From Bacteroidales bacterium (lineage in GTDB: Bacteria > Bacteroidota > Bacteroidia > Bacteroidales > UBA10428): a stretch of 64,000 nucleotides of DNA. The DNA lies in NCBI GenBank assembly GCA_016936215.1, contig JAFGPL010000111.1, positions 12,459-76,458 on the forward strand, read 5' to 3'. Position 1 is the stretch's first letter; the number at the start of each line of letters is the position of its first letter. The notes under the pieces are model-generated. The model made no database searches. It saw only the letters and a list, made by a program, of their open reading frames with translations, and was not told where the DNA came from. The position numbers were made by a program, and so were the translations under genes. Below are positions 19,902 to 30,400 of this stretch, piece by piece.

Positions 19902-20157
19902 TTCAATTTTTTTAATATTTTCAGTTTAGTGAACAAAAATCAAACCAATTATTATTATTTGCAAGTTAAAAATATTATTTTAACTACCGAAAATTATTAA
20001 CCCGAATTATTCTATGCATAATTCCAATCTTCGATTGCGATTTTTTGGCCTGTAATTTGCTGCAAGATACAAGCCTGAAAAAAAATTTACCTATTGTATT
20101 ATATAGTTAAATACGATAAAGAACTGAATTTCTAATTATTATAAAAATATTGTTTTC

Positions 20158-20631
20158 GTGAAAATTCAATTGATTAACACCGGAAAAACAACCGAAAAGC
20201 ATGTAAAAGAAGGAGTGGGATTATATGCAGAACGGTTGAAAAACTATGTTTTATTCGAGTATATTGACCTTCCTGAAATAAAGCATGCAAAAAGCCTTAC
20301 CTTCGATAAGCAAAAAGAACTGGAAGGTGAAATTATCCTTAAAAAAGTTTTAAAGACCGACTACGTTGTAGTGCTTGATGAAAAAGGACTTGAATACGGT
20401 TCAACCGAGTTTGCCGCTCATTTACAGAAAATCATGAACCGTGGAATAAAAAATATGGCATTTGTAACGGGCGGCCCGTTTGGATTTTCAAGGCCTGTTT
20501 ATGACCGTGCCGATGAACGGATTTCTTTATCAAGAATGACTTTCCCGCACCAGTTGGTACGCCTTATTTTTATTGAACAGCTATACAGGGCCTTTACAAT
20601 ACTCAATAATGAACCCTATCATCACATTTAA
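20158..20631 (+). CDS. rlmH: 23S rRNA (pseudouridine1915-N3)-methyltransferase
   Basis: SPOUT-type RlmH length (157 aa) and C-terminal motif (SLSRMTFPHQLVRLIFIEQLYRA...EPYH). GTG start. Confidence 0.85.
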   Translation: MKIQLINTGKTTEKHVKEGVGLYAERLKNYVLFEYIDLPEIKHAKSLTFDKQKELEGEIILKKVLKTDYVVVLDEKGLEYGSTEFAAHLQKIMNRGIKNMAFVTGGPFGFSRPVYDRADERISLSRMTFPHQLVRLIFIEQLYRAFTILNNEPYHHI

Positions 20632-20664
20632 CCTGTTGGGGAAACAATATAAACCAGGCATAAT

Positions 20665-23600
20665 ATGAATACCCCCCTGAAGTTATTTATAGCCTTTATA
20701 TCCTTTATTCTCCTGGCTTTTTTCTCAGGTTATATTTTTTCGGGGATAACCTATGGAAAAAAAGATGTTGAAAAATTTCAGGAAACGCTTGATGAAAAAT
20801 TTCTATTGCTTGACAATACCATTGAAACTCTTTTTATTACAGGAAAAATTGGGCCAATTGAAGATTTTGACAAGAAAGGTATCATAATACTGATTTATAA
20901 AAATAACCGGCTGACCAATTTTACAAGCAACACTATTCTGTTTCCGAATTATTTTGATTCGTTATTTTACAAATCTAAGCTTATCTTCAATAACCATGCT
21001 TGGTATGCATTAAAAACCTATAATCTTGGACAATACCAGGCAGTTGGGTTGATATTGATAAAAAAAGAATTTTCCTACAAAAACAAATTTCTTGAAAATG
21101 AATTTCAGTCATCGTTTAAAATGCCCCCATCAGTCTCTATTATTGAAAATAAAACAGAAAATTCTTACGAGATCAGGGGAAACGATGGTGGTTATCTTTT
21201 TTCGCTTTTGATAAACAACGAGTTAAAATATCCCTGGTACAAAAAAAACCTGGCTTTCTTTTTTTACTTAACCGGGATCATTGTATTTCTGTTATTCATA
21301 AATGCGCTGCTGAAAAGAATTGACAACCCTGTGAAAAAAAATTATGCCATTGCCGGGTTTACAGTTTTTTTAGCCGGGTTCAGGCTGATCCAGACCGTTT
21401 TCAGGTTCCCGGAAGGTCTTTACAGTAACGACCTTTTCAGCCCGGTGATTTTCGCAAATTCAGATTTGTTGCCCTCGCTGGGCGATTTATTGTTGAACAC
21501 TGTCTGTATTTTTTACATCATTATAAAACTCAACCGTGATTTTTTTATACACGAAAGGTTTTACCAAACAAAAGAACAGGGCAGATATTCGCTTAATAAC
21601 TTGTTCATTATTGCCCTGGTATTTTACTTTTTTTACATAAGACATATTTTTTCAAGCCTTATTATTAATTCAAATATTTCGTTTGAAGTTTATAAAATCA
21701 CAAGTTTAAACATATATAGTTTTGTTGGCCTGATTGTTATCGGAATGCATTTTGCAGCCCTGGTAATGCTGATTGATAAAATATCCGAAATTGGTAAAAA
21801 AACCATACGGATGGAACGGATAATCCTCAGCTTTTCCCTGATACTTATCGCTTCGGTACTTTTATTGTATCTTACAGGTGAGATGGTTGATTCATACTCT
21901 GTATTGTTTTTCTTTCTGCTTTTTTCTGCACTGGTAATAATCAGGTTCAAGACAAATTATTTTTACAGGTACGGCATACTGGTTCTAATTGTCTTTATTT
22001 CTTCGGTTTATATTGTATACTATATTGCTGATACCACCATTCGTAAAGACAGGCAAAATATGAAAATTCTTGTTGAAAACCTGGCAAACGAGCACGACCC
22101 GATTGCTGAGCTTCTGCTTGAAGAAATGTCCGGGGAACTTAACAGCGACAGCACTCTGGCCGATATGTTGTTCGATATGGATGTAAGTTATGCAGATTTA
22201 CGCAGCTATTTAAAAAACAACTATTTCAAAGGGTTCTGGGGAAAATACGATTTCAGGTTTTATGATTGCAGGCCTTCGGATAGCGTGGTCTTTACAATTC
22301 CTGATGAATACAGGTATCACTGCTATAAATATTTCGACCAGTATATAGGCGACAGGGGCATGTTATTGCCTAATTCAAAGTTTTATTTCATTGACAATAC
22401 AAACGGCCGCATCAATTACCTGGGAAAAATCACTTACCTGAACAAAGCACGGGAGTTTCCGGAGATATCATTATTTATTGAACTTGAGTCTACGCTTGTT
22501 TCGGAAGAGTTTGGCTACCCCGAATTGCTTCTTGACAGCAGGCTGGATGTTGATTCATACCTTGGGGAATATTCTTATGCAAAATATTATCAAAACAACC
22601 TCATTACCCAGTCGGGAGAATTTCATTACAGCCTGGCACGTGATATTTACGGTGAACAGGAGAAAGAATATAGCTTTGTAAGGTTTGATGATTTTGACCA
22701 TTTAATTTATAATGTAAACTCTGAAAATGCCATCATTCTGAGCAAACCTACCATTAATGTCTATAACAGCCTGATATCTTTTTCTTACATTTTTGTTTTC
22801 TATTATGTATGCCTGCTCATAACATTTGCACTTACAAAAGTAACATCCCGAAGCAGAAAGATCGAATTTAACTTTAAAAACAAGATACAGTTTGCCGTAT
22901 TCTCAATACTATTGTTGTCGCTGTTGCTTATCGGGGGCGGCACCATTTATTTCAGCCTGCAACAGTACCAGAAGAAAAACTTTGACAACATTACCGAAAA
23001 GATTCAGTCGGTATATACCGAACTCGATCACAAACTGGCTTACGAAGAGGTTCTTTCGGCCAACTGGGCGTCGGATAGTTATGACAACCTTGACCAGCTT
23101 TTACAGAAGTTTGCCGATGTCTTTTATACCGACATTAACCTCTTTGACCCTTCAGGGGACCTGATAGCAACCTCGAGGCCCGAGATTTTTGACCGCGGTC
23201 TTACAGGAACCAAAATGAACCCTTTGGCATTAAATAACCTCATGATAGAAAAGAAAGCCGAATATGTTCACAGGGAAAATATCGGGAAACTGCATTACCT
23301 GTCGGCCTATGTTCCTTTTATCAATGCCAATAATAAACTGCTTGCGTACCTCAACCTGCCTTATTTCACCCGCGAAGAAGAACTTCGGCAGGAAATCACA
23401 AACCTGGCTGTTGCCATCGTAAATATATATTCGTTGTTAATACTTTTAACCATCGCGGTTGCAATTTTTATTTCAGATACCATTACAAAGCCACTTAGGT
23501 TGTTGCAGGAGAAATTCAGCCAGGTAAAACTGTTAAAAAACCACGAACTTATTGATTATTCGGGGAGCGACGAGGTAGCAAGCCTCGTTCAGGAATATAA

Positions 23601-24333
23601 CCGCATGGTACAGGAACTTCAGAAAAGCGCAGAACTACTGGCAAAGTCTGAACGTGAAAGTGCCTGGCGCGAAATGGCCAGACAAATTGCCCATGAGATA
23701 AAAAATCCGCTTACGCCAATGCGGCTTACCATTCAACACCTGCAGCGTGCCTGGAAAGATAAAAAAGAAAACTATGCCGAAATACATGATAAGGTTACCC
23801 AAACCTTGATCGAACAGATAGACAATCTTTCAAAGATTGCTTCGGAGTTTTCAAATTTTGCCCAAATGCCAAAGGCCAAAAACCAGAAGCTTGATATAGA
23901 AATTGTTATTAGAAATAACATCAGCCTGTTTTCAAATGCACCTGAAGTTACTATTGAATATCAACCTTTAATTGATGGCCCCGTGTATGTTTTTGCTGAT
24001 AAAGAACAACTTGCCAGGGTTTTTATTAATCTGTTTAAAAATGCCGTTCAGTCAGTTCCTGAGGACCGGGCATGTAAAATCCTGGTCACGCTGAACAAAG
24101 TCAATGGTAAAGTGCTTGCTAAAGTTGAAGACAATGGCAAGGGAATTCATGATGATGTAAAAGCCAAACTATTCACCCCCAATTTTACAACCAAATCAAG
24201 TGGTATGGGTTTAGGTCTTGCCATAACAAAGGATATTATAGAAAGTATCGGCGGCCGGATATACTTTGAAACATCCTGGGGAAAGGGGACTGTTTTCTAT
24301 ATTGAATTACCTGCATTTACGGGGGATAAATGA
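20665..24333 (+). CDS. Large polytopic sensor histidine kinase (HAMP-HisKA-HATPase output)
   Basis: C-terminal third: TM + HAMP (TKPLRLLQEKF...), H-box ARQIAHEIKNPLTPM, N-box FINLFKNAVQS, G-boxes DNGKGI / GMGLGL. The N-terminal ~900 aa has many TM helices and two apparent extracytoplasmic regions. No receiver domain and no adjacent response regulator. Confidence 0.85.
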   Translation: MNTPLKLFIAFISFILLAFFSGYIFSGITYGKKDVEKFQETLDEKFLLLDNTIETLFITGKIGPIEDFDKKGIIILIYKNNRLTNFTSNTILFPNYFDSLFYKSKLIFNNHAWYALKTYNLGQYQAVGLILIKKEFSYKNKFLENEFQSSFKMPPSVSIIENKTENSYEIRGNDGGYLFSLLINNELKYPWYKKNLAFFFYLTGIIVFLLFINALLKRIDNPVKKNYAIAGFTVFLAGFRLIQTVFRFPEGLYSNDLFSPVIFANSDLLPSLGDLLLNTVCIFYIIIKLNRDFFIHERFYQTKEQGRYSLNNLFIIALVFYFFYIRHIFSSLIINSNISFEVYKITSLNIYSFVGLIVIGMHFAALVMLIDKISEIGKKTIRMERIILSFSLILIASVLLLYLTGEMVDSYSVLFFFLLFSALVIIRFKTNYFYRYGILVLIVFISSVYIVYYIADTTIRKDRQNMKILVENLANEHDPIAELLLEEMSGELNSDSTLADMLFDMDVSYADLRSYLKNNYFKGFWGKYDFRFYDCRPSDSVVFTIPDEYRYHCYKYFDQYIGDRGMLLPNSKFYFIDNTNGRINYLGKITYLNKAREFPEISLFIELESTLVSEEFGYPELLLDSRLDVDSYLGEYSYAKYYQNNLITQSGEFHYSLARDIYGEQEKEYSFVRFDDFDHLIYNVNSENAIILSKPTINVYNSLISFSYIFVFYYVCLLITFALTKVTSRSRKIEFNFKNKIQFAVFSILLLSLLLIGGGTIYFSLQQYQKKNFDNITEKIQSVYTELDHKLAYEEVLSANWASDSYDNLDQLLQKFADVFYTDINLFDPSGDLIATSRPEIFDRGLTGTKMNPLALNNLMIEKKAEYVHRENIGKLHYLSAYVPFINANNKLLAYLNLPYFTREEELRQEITNLAVAIVNIYSLLILLTIAVAIFISDTITKPLRLLQEKFSQVKLLKNHELIDYSGSDEVASLVQEYNRMVQELQKSAELLAKSERESAWREMARQIAHEIKNPLTPMRLTIQHLQRAWKDKKENYAEIHDKVTQTLIEQIDNLSKIASEFSNFAQMPKAKNQKLDIEIVIRNNISLFSNAPEVTIEYQPLIDGPVYVFADKEQLARVFINLFKNAVQSVPEDRACKILVTLNKVNGKVLAKVEDNGKGIHDDVKAKLFTPNFTTKSSGMGLGLAITKDIIESIGGRIYFETSWGKGTVFYIELPAFTGDK

Positions 24334-24334
24334 C

Positions 24335-24362
24335 AAAAAACCGGCCATTGAAGCCGGTTTTT
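24335..24362. terminator. Bidirectional rho-independent terminator between the convergent kinase and RCC1 genes
   Basis: A6-CCGGC-cattgaa-GCCGG-T5, starting 2 nt after the kinase stop codon. Confidence 0.75.
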
Positions 24363-24397
24363 CTATCTGTTATAAACAAAAATCTATGCTGAAAAAG

Positions 24398-26434
24398 TTA
24401 TCTAACGATAACCATTTTTTTCTCATCTACCTTTTTGTCATTCACAATTAAAAAATACGAATATATTCCTGCCGGCATATCCTGCAAATATAACTGGATA
24501 GACGAACTGCCTGAACCAACGATGCGGAATTCCCTGGTTTGGCCGTCAAACATGTTATAAACTGCAATGCTGGCATTTTCAGGTTCTTCTGCTAAATGGT
24601 AAAATACCGTGGTGATTCCATCTGAGGGATTGGGGCTGTTATACAAAAGATATGAGCTTTCCTGATCATCTGTTTGTAACCCTTCTCCAAAAGTATTACT
24701 GCTGTTAGCTGCATTGCTGCTTTTCAATACGGGGTCTGCTGGAAAACAGTCAAAAGTATTTTTAATATTGTAAGTTCCGTCACCCAGTTGTCCATAAATG
24801 TTCAAACCAGACCCGCAATACTTGTTATTGTAATCAAGAATTATGGTATGAGACCAACCAGCAGCCGCCATGGCACATTCCGGAATATTGGATATTTTTA
24901 CCGGGCTATATTGATCGGAGTTTGTACCATCACCTAATTGACCATATGTATTTGAGCCCCATCCCCAGAGCGTATTGTCAACCGCCGTAGCCATTGAAAA
25001 TTCATATCCTGCATCAATACTTTGCCAGGAATTATCTGAGCCTACTTCTACCGGCACATACGAAGGAGTAGTTGTTCCGTCACCCAGTTGGCCATAAGTA
25101 TTGTTCCCCCATACCCACAGGGTACCATCGGTTTTGAGTGCCATAGTATGGTAACCGCCACTTGAAGTCTGTTTCCAGTTATTGTCACCGGTTATTTTTA
25201 CAGGGGCTACCCTGCGTGATGTTGTACCGTCACCTAACTGACCATACCTGTTATCACCCCATGTCCAGAGTGTCCCATCGGTTTTTATGGCCAATGAATA
25301 AAGAAAACCGGCTTCAATTTCTTTCCAGTCTTTAGCATAACCGATCTTAACCGGTTGCAACTTGTTGAACATTGTACCATCGCCCAATTCGCCATACTTG
25401 TTATTACCCCATGCCCAAAGCGAACCATCGGTTTTTATGGCCAGGTTATGTGCAAAACCGGCAGATACTTTAGCCCAGTTTGTTGAACTGTCAACCAGTT
25501 CGGGTACAATTCTTTGTGTCGGGTCTCCCAATTCGCCCATACCTTGTGTACCCCATACCCATAAAGTACCGTCATTTTTTATCCCTGCTGCATGTGTATA
25601 ACCGGCAGAAACCTGTTTCCAGTCTGACTGGTCGCCTACCTGGACTGGTAAGTTTTTACCAATGATCGTTCCGTCGCCCAGTTGGCCATAAGAATTATCG
25701 CCCCATGCCCATAATGTACCATCTCCTTTTAAAAGCAAATTATAATCATTGCTGGTTGATAACCTGTCAAGATAACGAAGGGTCAAACGGGGATGCCTTG
25801 TTGAATCCAGGTGATCGCCAGAGCACAAAGCCATTCTGGTGTACCGCGATTCGCTCACCAGCCGTAACATAAATCCAAAACTGGACGCGGGATTTGCGAG
25901 CATATCCCTGACAAGGGAAGTTACATCAACATTTAAATAATCTTCGGTAAAGGTCTGGGATATTGGCAGTATTACCCGGTTTGTTGTGATAGAGGCCGGT
26001 TGAGTGTTATAAGTAACTGTTTTTTCATCCCAGTTCTCCGTTATACGTTCAAGGTAGCATGCATTTGACTTGTAACCGGTATTCTGCATCGTGATATAGT
26101 TCATATGCCGGTAATTGTCATTGGGTTGGGGCTGCATGGCATAAAAAGATAACCTGGCTTCCGCTATGTGGGCACCGGAAGGTATACCTGTCAGGTCAAA
26201 ATCTATAATGCTTCTGACATTGGTGCGGTATCCGCCGGCAGTCCATTCATCGGCAGAAAAAAGTGTATAACTGCCATAATTGGAGTTTGCCATATATTCC
26301 GAACCCGGTCTGAGGCTCAACAAAAGATAGGCATCTTTGCTGGGGCTCAGGGTTATTGATTGAGAAAAAATCAGCGGGTGCCATGATACGCAGAACATGA
26401 ACAATGCTATACTTAATATTATCTTGTTTTTCAT
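24398..26434 (-). CDS. Secreted RCC1-repeat beta-propeller protein with a DNRLRE-like N-terminal domain and a T9SS type-A C-terminal sorting domain
   Basis: Signal peptide MKNKIILSIALFMFCVSWHPLIFSQS (ATG at 26434; the track start at 26503 adds an implausible 23-aa extension). Seven W.WG.N.YGQLGDGT repeats. C-terminus ...YNSPNPSDGITTVFYHL...IYSYFLIVNDKKV..KMVIVR fits the type-A CTD pattern. Confidence 0.85.
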   Translation of the reverse strand: MKNKIILSIALFMFCVSWHPLIFSQSITLSPSKDAYLLLSLRPGSEYMANSNYGSYTLFSADEWTAGGYRTNVRSIIDFDLTGIPSGAHIAEARLSFYAMQPQPNDNYRHMNYITMQNTGYKSNACYLERITENWDEKTVTYNTQPASITTNRVILPISQTFTEDYLNVDVTSLVRDMLANPASSFGFMLRLVSESRYTRMALCSGDHLDSTRHPRLTLRYLDRLSTSNDYNLLLKGDGTLWAWGDNSYGQLGDGTIIGKNLPVQVGDQSDWKQVSAGYTHAAGIKNDGTLWVWGTQGMGELGDPTQRIVPELVDSSTNWAKVSAGFAHNLAIKTDGSLWAWGNNKYGELGDGTMFNKLQPVKIGYAKDWKEIEAGFLYSLAIKTDGTLWTWGDNRYGQLGDGTTSRRVAPVKITGDNNWKQTSSGGYHTMALKTDGTLWVWGNNTYGQLGDGTTTPSYVPVEVGSDNSWQSIDAGYEFSMATAVDNTLWGWGSNTYGQLGDGTNSDQYSPVKISNIPECAMAAAGWSHTIILDYNNKYCGSGLNIYGQLGDGTYNIKNTFDCFPADPVLKSSNAANSSNTFGEGLQTDDQESSYLLYNSPNPSDGITTVFYHLAEEPENASIAVYNMFDGQTREFRIVGSGSSSIQLYLQDMPAGIYSYFLIVNDKKVDEKKMVIVR
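24733..25741 (-). repeat. Seven tandem RCC1-like blades (protein-level repeat)
   Basis: GDNSYGQLGDGT / GTQGMGELGDPT / GNNKYGELGDGT / GDNRYGQLGDGT / GNNTYGQLGDGT / GSNTYGQLGDGT / GLNIYGQLGDGT, spaced about 50 aa apart. Coordinates approximate. Confidence 0.8.
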
Positions 26435-26503
26435 AAGTCTGAAATTTAGTTTTATGTTTTTATGTTCATGTTGGTTTAATCGGTAGCTAAAAAAATCTGT
26501 CAA

Positions 26504-27088
26504 TTAGTTATGTCTGTTTCCGTAGCCCTTTCTGTATGCCTGCCAGTCAATCATATGGACTTTTCCGTTTCTATCCCTGTGCCTGGGCTTACCATCCTTG
26601 CCAATAAATACATTGTCAAAGCTCCTGACATATTCTATTGAATCAAGACGGTTCATTGCCTTTACCCACTTTTCTCTTTCTGCAGCCGGGTCTATTAACT
26701 CACCCCTGTCGTTATGCTCGTATATTTTGTATTTCTGTCCCTTATAATCCTCACCGGTCATGATTACAAATGGCTCACTCAGCGACCTGTTTATCCTGAA
26801 ATACACCATATTGTCTTCAATTTTACAATCTGCAACTGTGTCCTTCAGAATATTTTTTGTAGAATATTTTTTAACCTTATCATTATATGTTATATATATA
26901 TGGTGGTATTTGCGTAACTCTTCAAGATTCAGCAGGCAGAACAATGATGGAATAGTATCCTCTTTTGATTTATGGGAGATTTTGTATTTATAGTAAGAAT
27001 TCTTCCATGGCAGTTTTTCCTGGGCATTCAATCCCGTTATAGAAGAAAGAAACCCTGATAAAAACAGTACGTATAAGATTTGTTTCAT
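26504..27088 (-). CDS. Secreted protein of unknown function
   Basis: Signal peptide MKQILYVLFLSGFLSSITGLNAQ. 194 aa, Lys/Tyr-rich. Same strand as the RCC1 gene and directly upstream of it. Confidence 0.55.
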   Translation of the reverse strand: MKQILYVLFLSGFLSSITGLNAQEKLPWKNSYYKYKISHKSKEDTIPSLFCLLNLEELRKYHHIYITYNDKVKKYSTKNILKDTVADCKIEDNMVYFRINRSLSEPFVIMTGEDYKGQKYKIYEHNDRGELIDPAAEREKWVKAMNRLDSIEYVRSFDNVFIGKDGKPRHRDRNGKVHMIDWQAYRKGYGNRHN

Positions 27089-27403
27089 AAGTTTAAGTTT
27101 TAATTAAGGTTGAAACCTGATATTTATGGTGCCTGTATTCAAAAACACAATAATGCAAGGGTTACAGGCAAATCGCATTATATCATCTTTTCATACTTTA
27201 ATTATTACAGATTGGTTGTTTATTTTTTATGAAATACTGAATTTTTAGGGTCAATGGATTCAATAATTACACTAAAAAAACTGGCCATTATGAAAAAAAC
27301 GTTTTGCACGCATACACAGATTTCAAAAAATTAAGCCCTCCTGTTACTAAAAATTATTGCTTCAATGTTGAAAATTTGTTAATTTTTAAATCTTTTAAAT
27401 AGT

Positions 27404-27411
27404 TATATTTG
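27404..27411 (+). promoter_or_regulatory. Candidate Bacteroidota -7 promoter box (TATATTTG)
   Basis: Exact TAnnTTTG 28 nt upstream of the ATG at 27439. A TTTG at 27375-27378 could be the -33 element, although the spacing is long. Confidence 0.35.
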
Positions 27412-27438
27412 GTTTTTACAAACAGTTAACCTTTGCAA

Positions 27439-30400
27439 ATGCTAAAAAGAGTTATTGCAATATCAGTTGTAGTATACATATTTTGTAATTCTTTTTCCCA
27501 GGATACAATTACCGGAATTGTAAACCATTATTTGAAGGTTTTGGCTGTAGGTACCGATGAAGCCACCTATGAAGACAACGCGGAAATTTCTTTTTTTCAG
27601 GATGGTGATAAAGTTCTATTGATACAAATGACAGGTGTGGAACTCGACACTACCGATGGGACAGGAAACCGTGGTGAACCTGCCCGTGGGACAAAGATTT
27701 CGGATAAAAATACAGGCCGTTATGAAATTCTGCAGGTTGAAGAGGTAGATCTTTTTAATAAAAAGATCATTTTTACCTCAGACCTAATGAATACTTATGA
27801 CAACGGTGAAAAAATCCAACTTGTAAGCGTGCGCGAGTGTGAAAACAACGCCCTTATAAGCGGGACGGCTACTGCCAAAGACTGGGATGGAAATACCGGG
27901 GGGATTCTGATCATGGTTGTTTACGATACCCTTCGTTTCGAAGGCAATATTGATGTCTCTGACAAAGGTTTCAGAGGGGCAACCCCAGAGACGAATTACA
28001 CAGGAGGGTGCCGGCCGGCAAATGACACCGTGAATTTTCTTACAATTGAAACCAACAGGGCTGGTGATAAGGGAGAAGGCAATGTGAGCATAACTTTTCC
28101 ATACGCCAAAGGTTGTTTCTTTGCTTCATCAGGAGGAGGCGGCGGAAACGGCTTGTTTTCGGGAGGTGGAGGTGGCAGTAATTTTGGCGATGGCGGAAAT
28201 GGCGGAAGACAGGATACTTCATGTAGTTTCGTCCCCCCGATTGCCATGGGGGGCCTGAATGCAAACGACCTCTACAGTAATAATTGCATTACCATGGGCG
28301 GAGGGGGCGGCGCAGGGGTACAAAGTACCGTAACCACTGCTTCTCAAGGTGGAGACGGCGGTGGAATTGTGATCATTGCAGCCGGAGTAATTACCGGAAA
28401 TAACTATAACATAATTGCAGACGGAGAAAACATAGAAGGAACTTACAATGCCAGTGGTGGTGGCGGCGGCGGCGGCGGGACAGTGTTGCTCGATGCCACA
28501 ACATTCGCTGGCGCCCTCAATATCTCGGTCAAAGGAGGCAGGGGCGGAAGCACAGGGTCAAGTTGCACCGGCTCAGGTGGAGGCGGTGGAGGCGGTGTAT
28601 TCTGGTTTTCAGGCCAAAACAAGGAATACTTTGTTTGCGATACTTCCCGTGGCGCCCCGGGAGGCGTTTCTGGTTGCAGCACGTCAGGCACATACGGTCT
28701 TCACGGTAAAACATTTCCCTCCCTGATATTACCATTAAACGGTTTTCTTTTCAATGTAATCAGGGGAAAAGATACACTCTGTGCAGGGCAGCAACCCAAA
28801 ATAATTACAGGAAGCAACCCCAAGGGCGGGGATGGCAATTATACCTTTAAATGGGAACAGAGCACCGATCAGCTATCATGGACCAATGCCACAGGCACCG
28901 GGGCAAACCAGCGGGATTTTACACCTGCACCGCTATACAATACTACTTATTTCAGAAGAATTGTAAGTGCTGGCGGTACCACACCACAGGCAGATACAGT
29001 GAGCAAGGTGGTTGAAATATATATCTATCCTGCTATATCCAATAATGAAATTTTTGGTACCGATACCATTTGCTATAACCATACTGCATTGCCGGTAACA
29101 GGTGGCCAACCAGCCGGCGGCGATGGCTCCAATTATACCTATCAATGGCAGACAAGCCTTAACCTCACCGACTGGAACGATGCGGGCAGCCTGCTTACGG
29201 CCAATCAGCCTTACCTTCCGGGACAGCTAACTGCCACCAGGTATTTCAGAAGATTTATTACTTCAACAAAATACTGCGCTGATTTCAGCGACACCGTAAC
29301 CGTAACCGTGTTGCCTTCAATTTCAAATAATTTTTTTAAACCCATAACAGACACCATTATCTGCCAGGGTCTGACGCCGGGGCTTTTACGTGCTGAACAA
29401 CCCATAAACGGCGATGGTTATTATACATACCTGTGGCAGAAAAAAGATAATTCAGGATGGGAAGATATTACTTCAAGCAATATCATGGAATATACCGCAG
29501 GCCCCCTTGCAAACAATACCCAATACAGGAGGATTGTTTTCTCAGGCAATGATAAAGCCTGTATTGATACATCAGATATAAAAAATATTACTGTATTGGA
29601 AGCCATTGCCAATAATTCCATATCAACCGATTCTTCAAGATACTGTCACGGAGATGTACCCCGTATGTTCAACGGCTCAGTCCCTTCGGGGGGAGACGGA
29701 CCGGGATCATACACATATAAATGGATCATAAACGAAGGAGCAGGCTGGAATGAAATTTCAGATGCCACAGATATAAGTCATTCGCATACAGCTCTTTTGC
29801 AGAACTCCGAATTTAAACGTATTGTTATTTCCGGTGTGTATGGTGCATGCAAAGATACTACCCCCCCACTCCAAATAACTGTAATTCCAGCTATTGTAAA
29901 TGATTTAGGACTTGATGCCCAGTCTATCTGCGAAAATAATGCCCCGTTGCCTTTCTCACCTCCAGCAGCGACAGGTGGCAATGGCTCATATACTTATCAA
30001 TGGCTGATCAGGCCGGAAAGCCAGGTTTCATGGTCGGATGCACCCGGTGTGAACAACCTGCATGATTATAATTCTCCTGCGCTTATTGACTCTGCAATTT
30101 TCGCCAGAAGAGTGGTTTCGGATATCTGTGCCGATACCAGCGAACCTGTTGAAGTGTATGTTTTTAAAAAAATTAAAAACAACTTCATTGCCGAAAATGC
30201 TTTAAAATATGCATGTTACAATACGCCGGAACTGCTTACCGGTTCCGTGCCCGTTGACGGCAAACACAATGACTACAAATATCTCTGGCAGATGGCCAAT
30301 ACTGCAGATACCTGGACAGATGCCACGGGAAATACTTCAAATAACTTACAGAATTTTGAAACTGAAAACCTTACTACCCCAAAATATTTCCGCAGAATTG

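Noticed and set aside
26435-26503. 23-aa extension upstream of the RCC1 protein signal peptide
   Set aside because: The signal peptide (MKNKIILSIALFMF...) starts at the internal ATG at 26434. The extension would bury it.
27996-28735. Pro-rich minus-strand ORFs (27996-28247, 28040-28264, 28443-28691, 28529-28735) and a plus-strand alternative-frame ORF (28448-28726)
   Set aside because: They are mirror or shifted-frame artefacts of the GGN-rich glycine-coding tracts of the 1361-aa gene. CCN Pro runs are exactly the reverse complement of the Gly runs.
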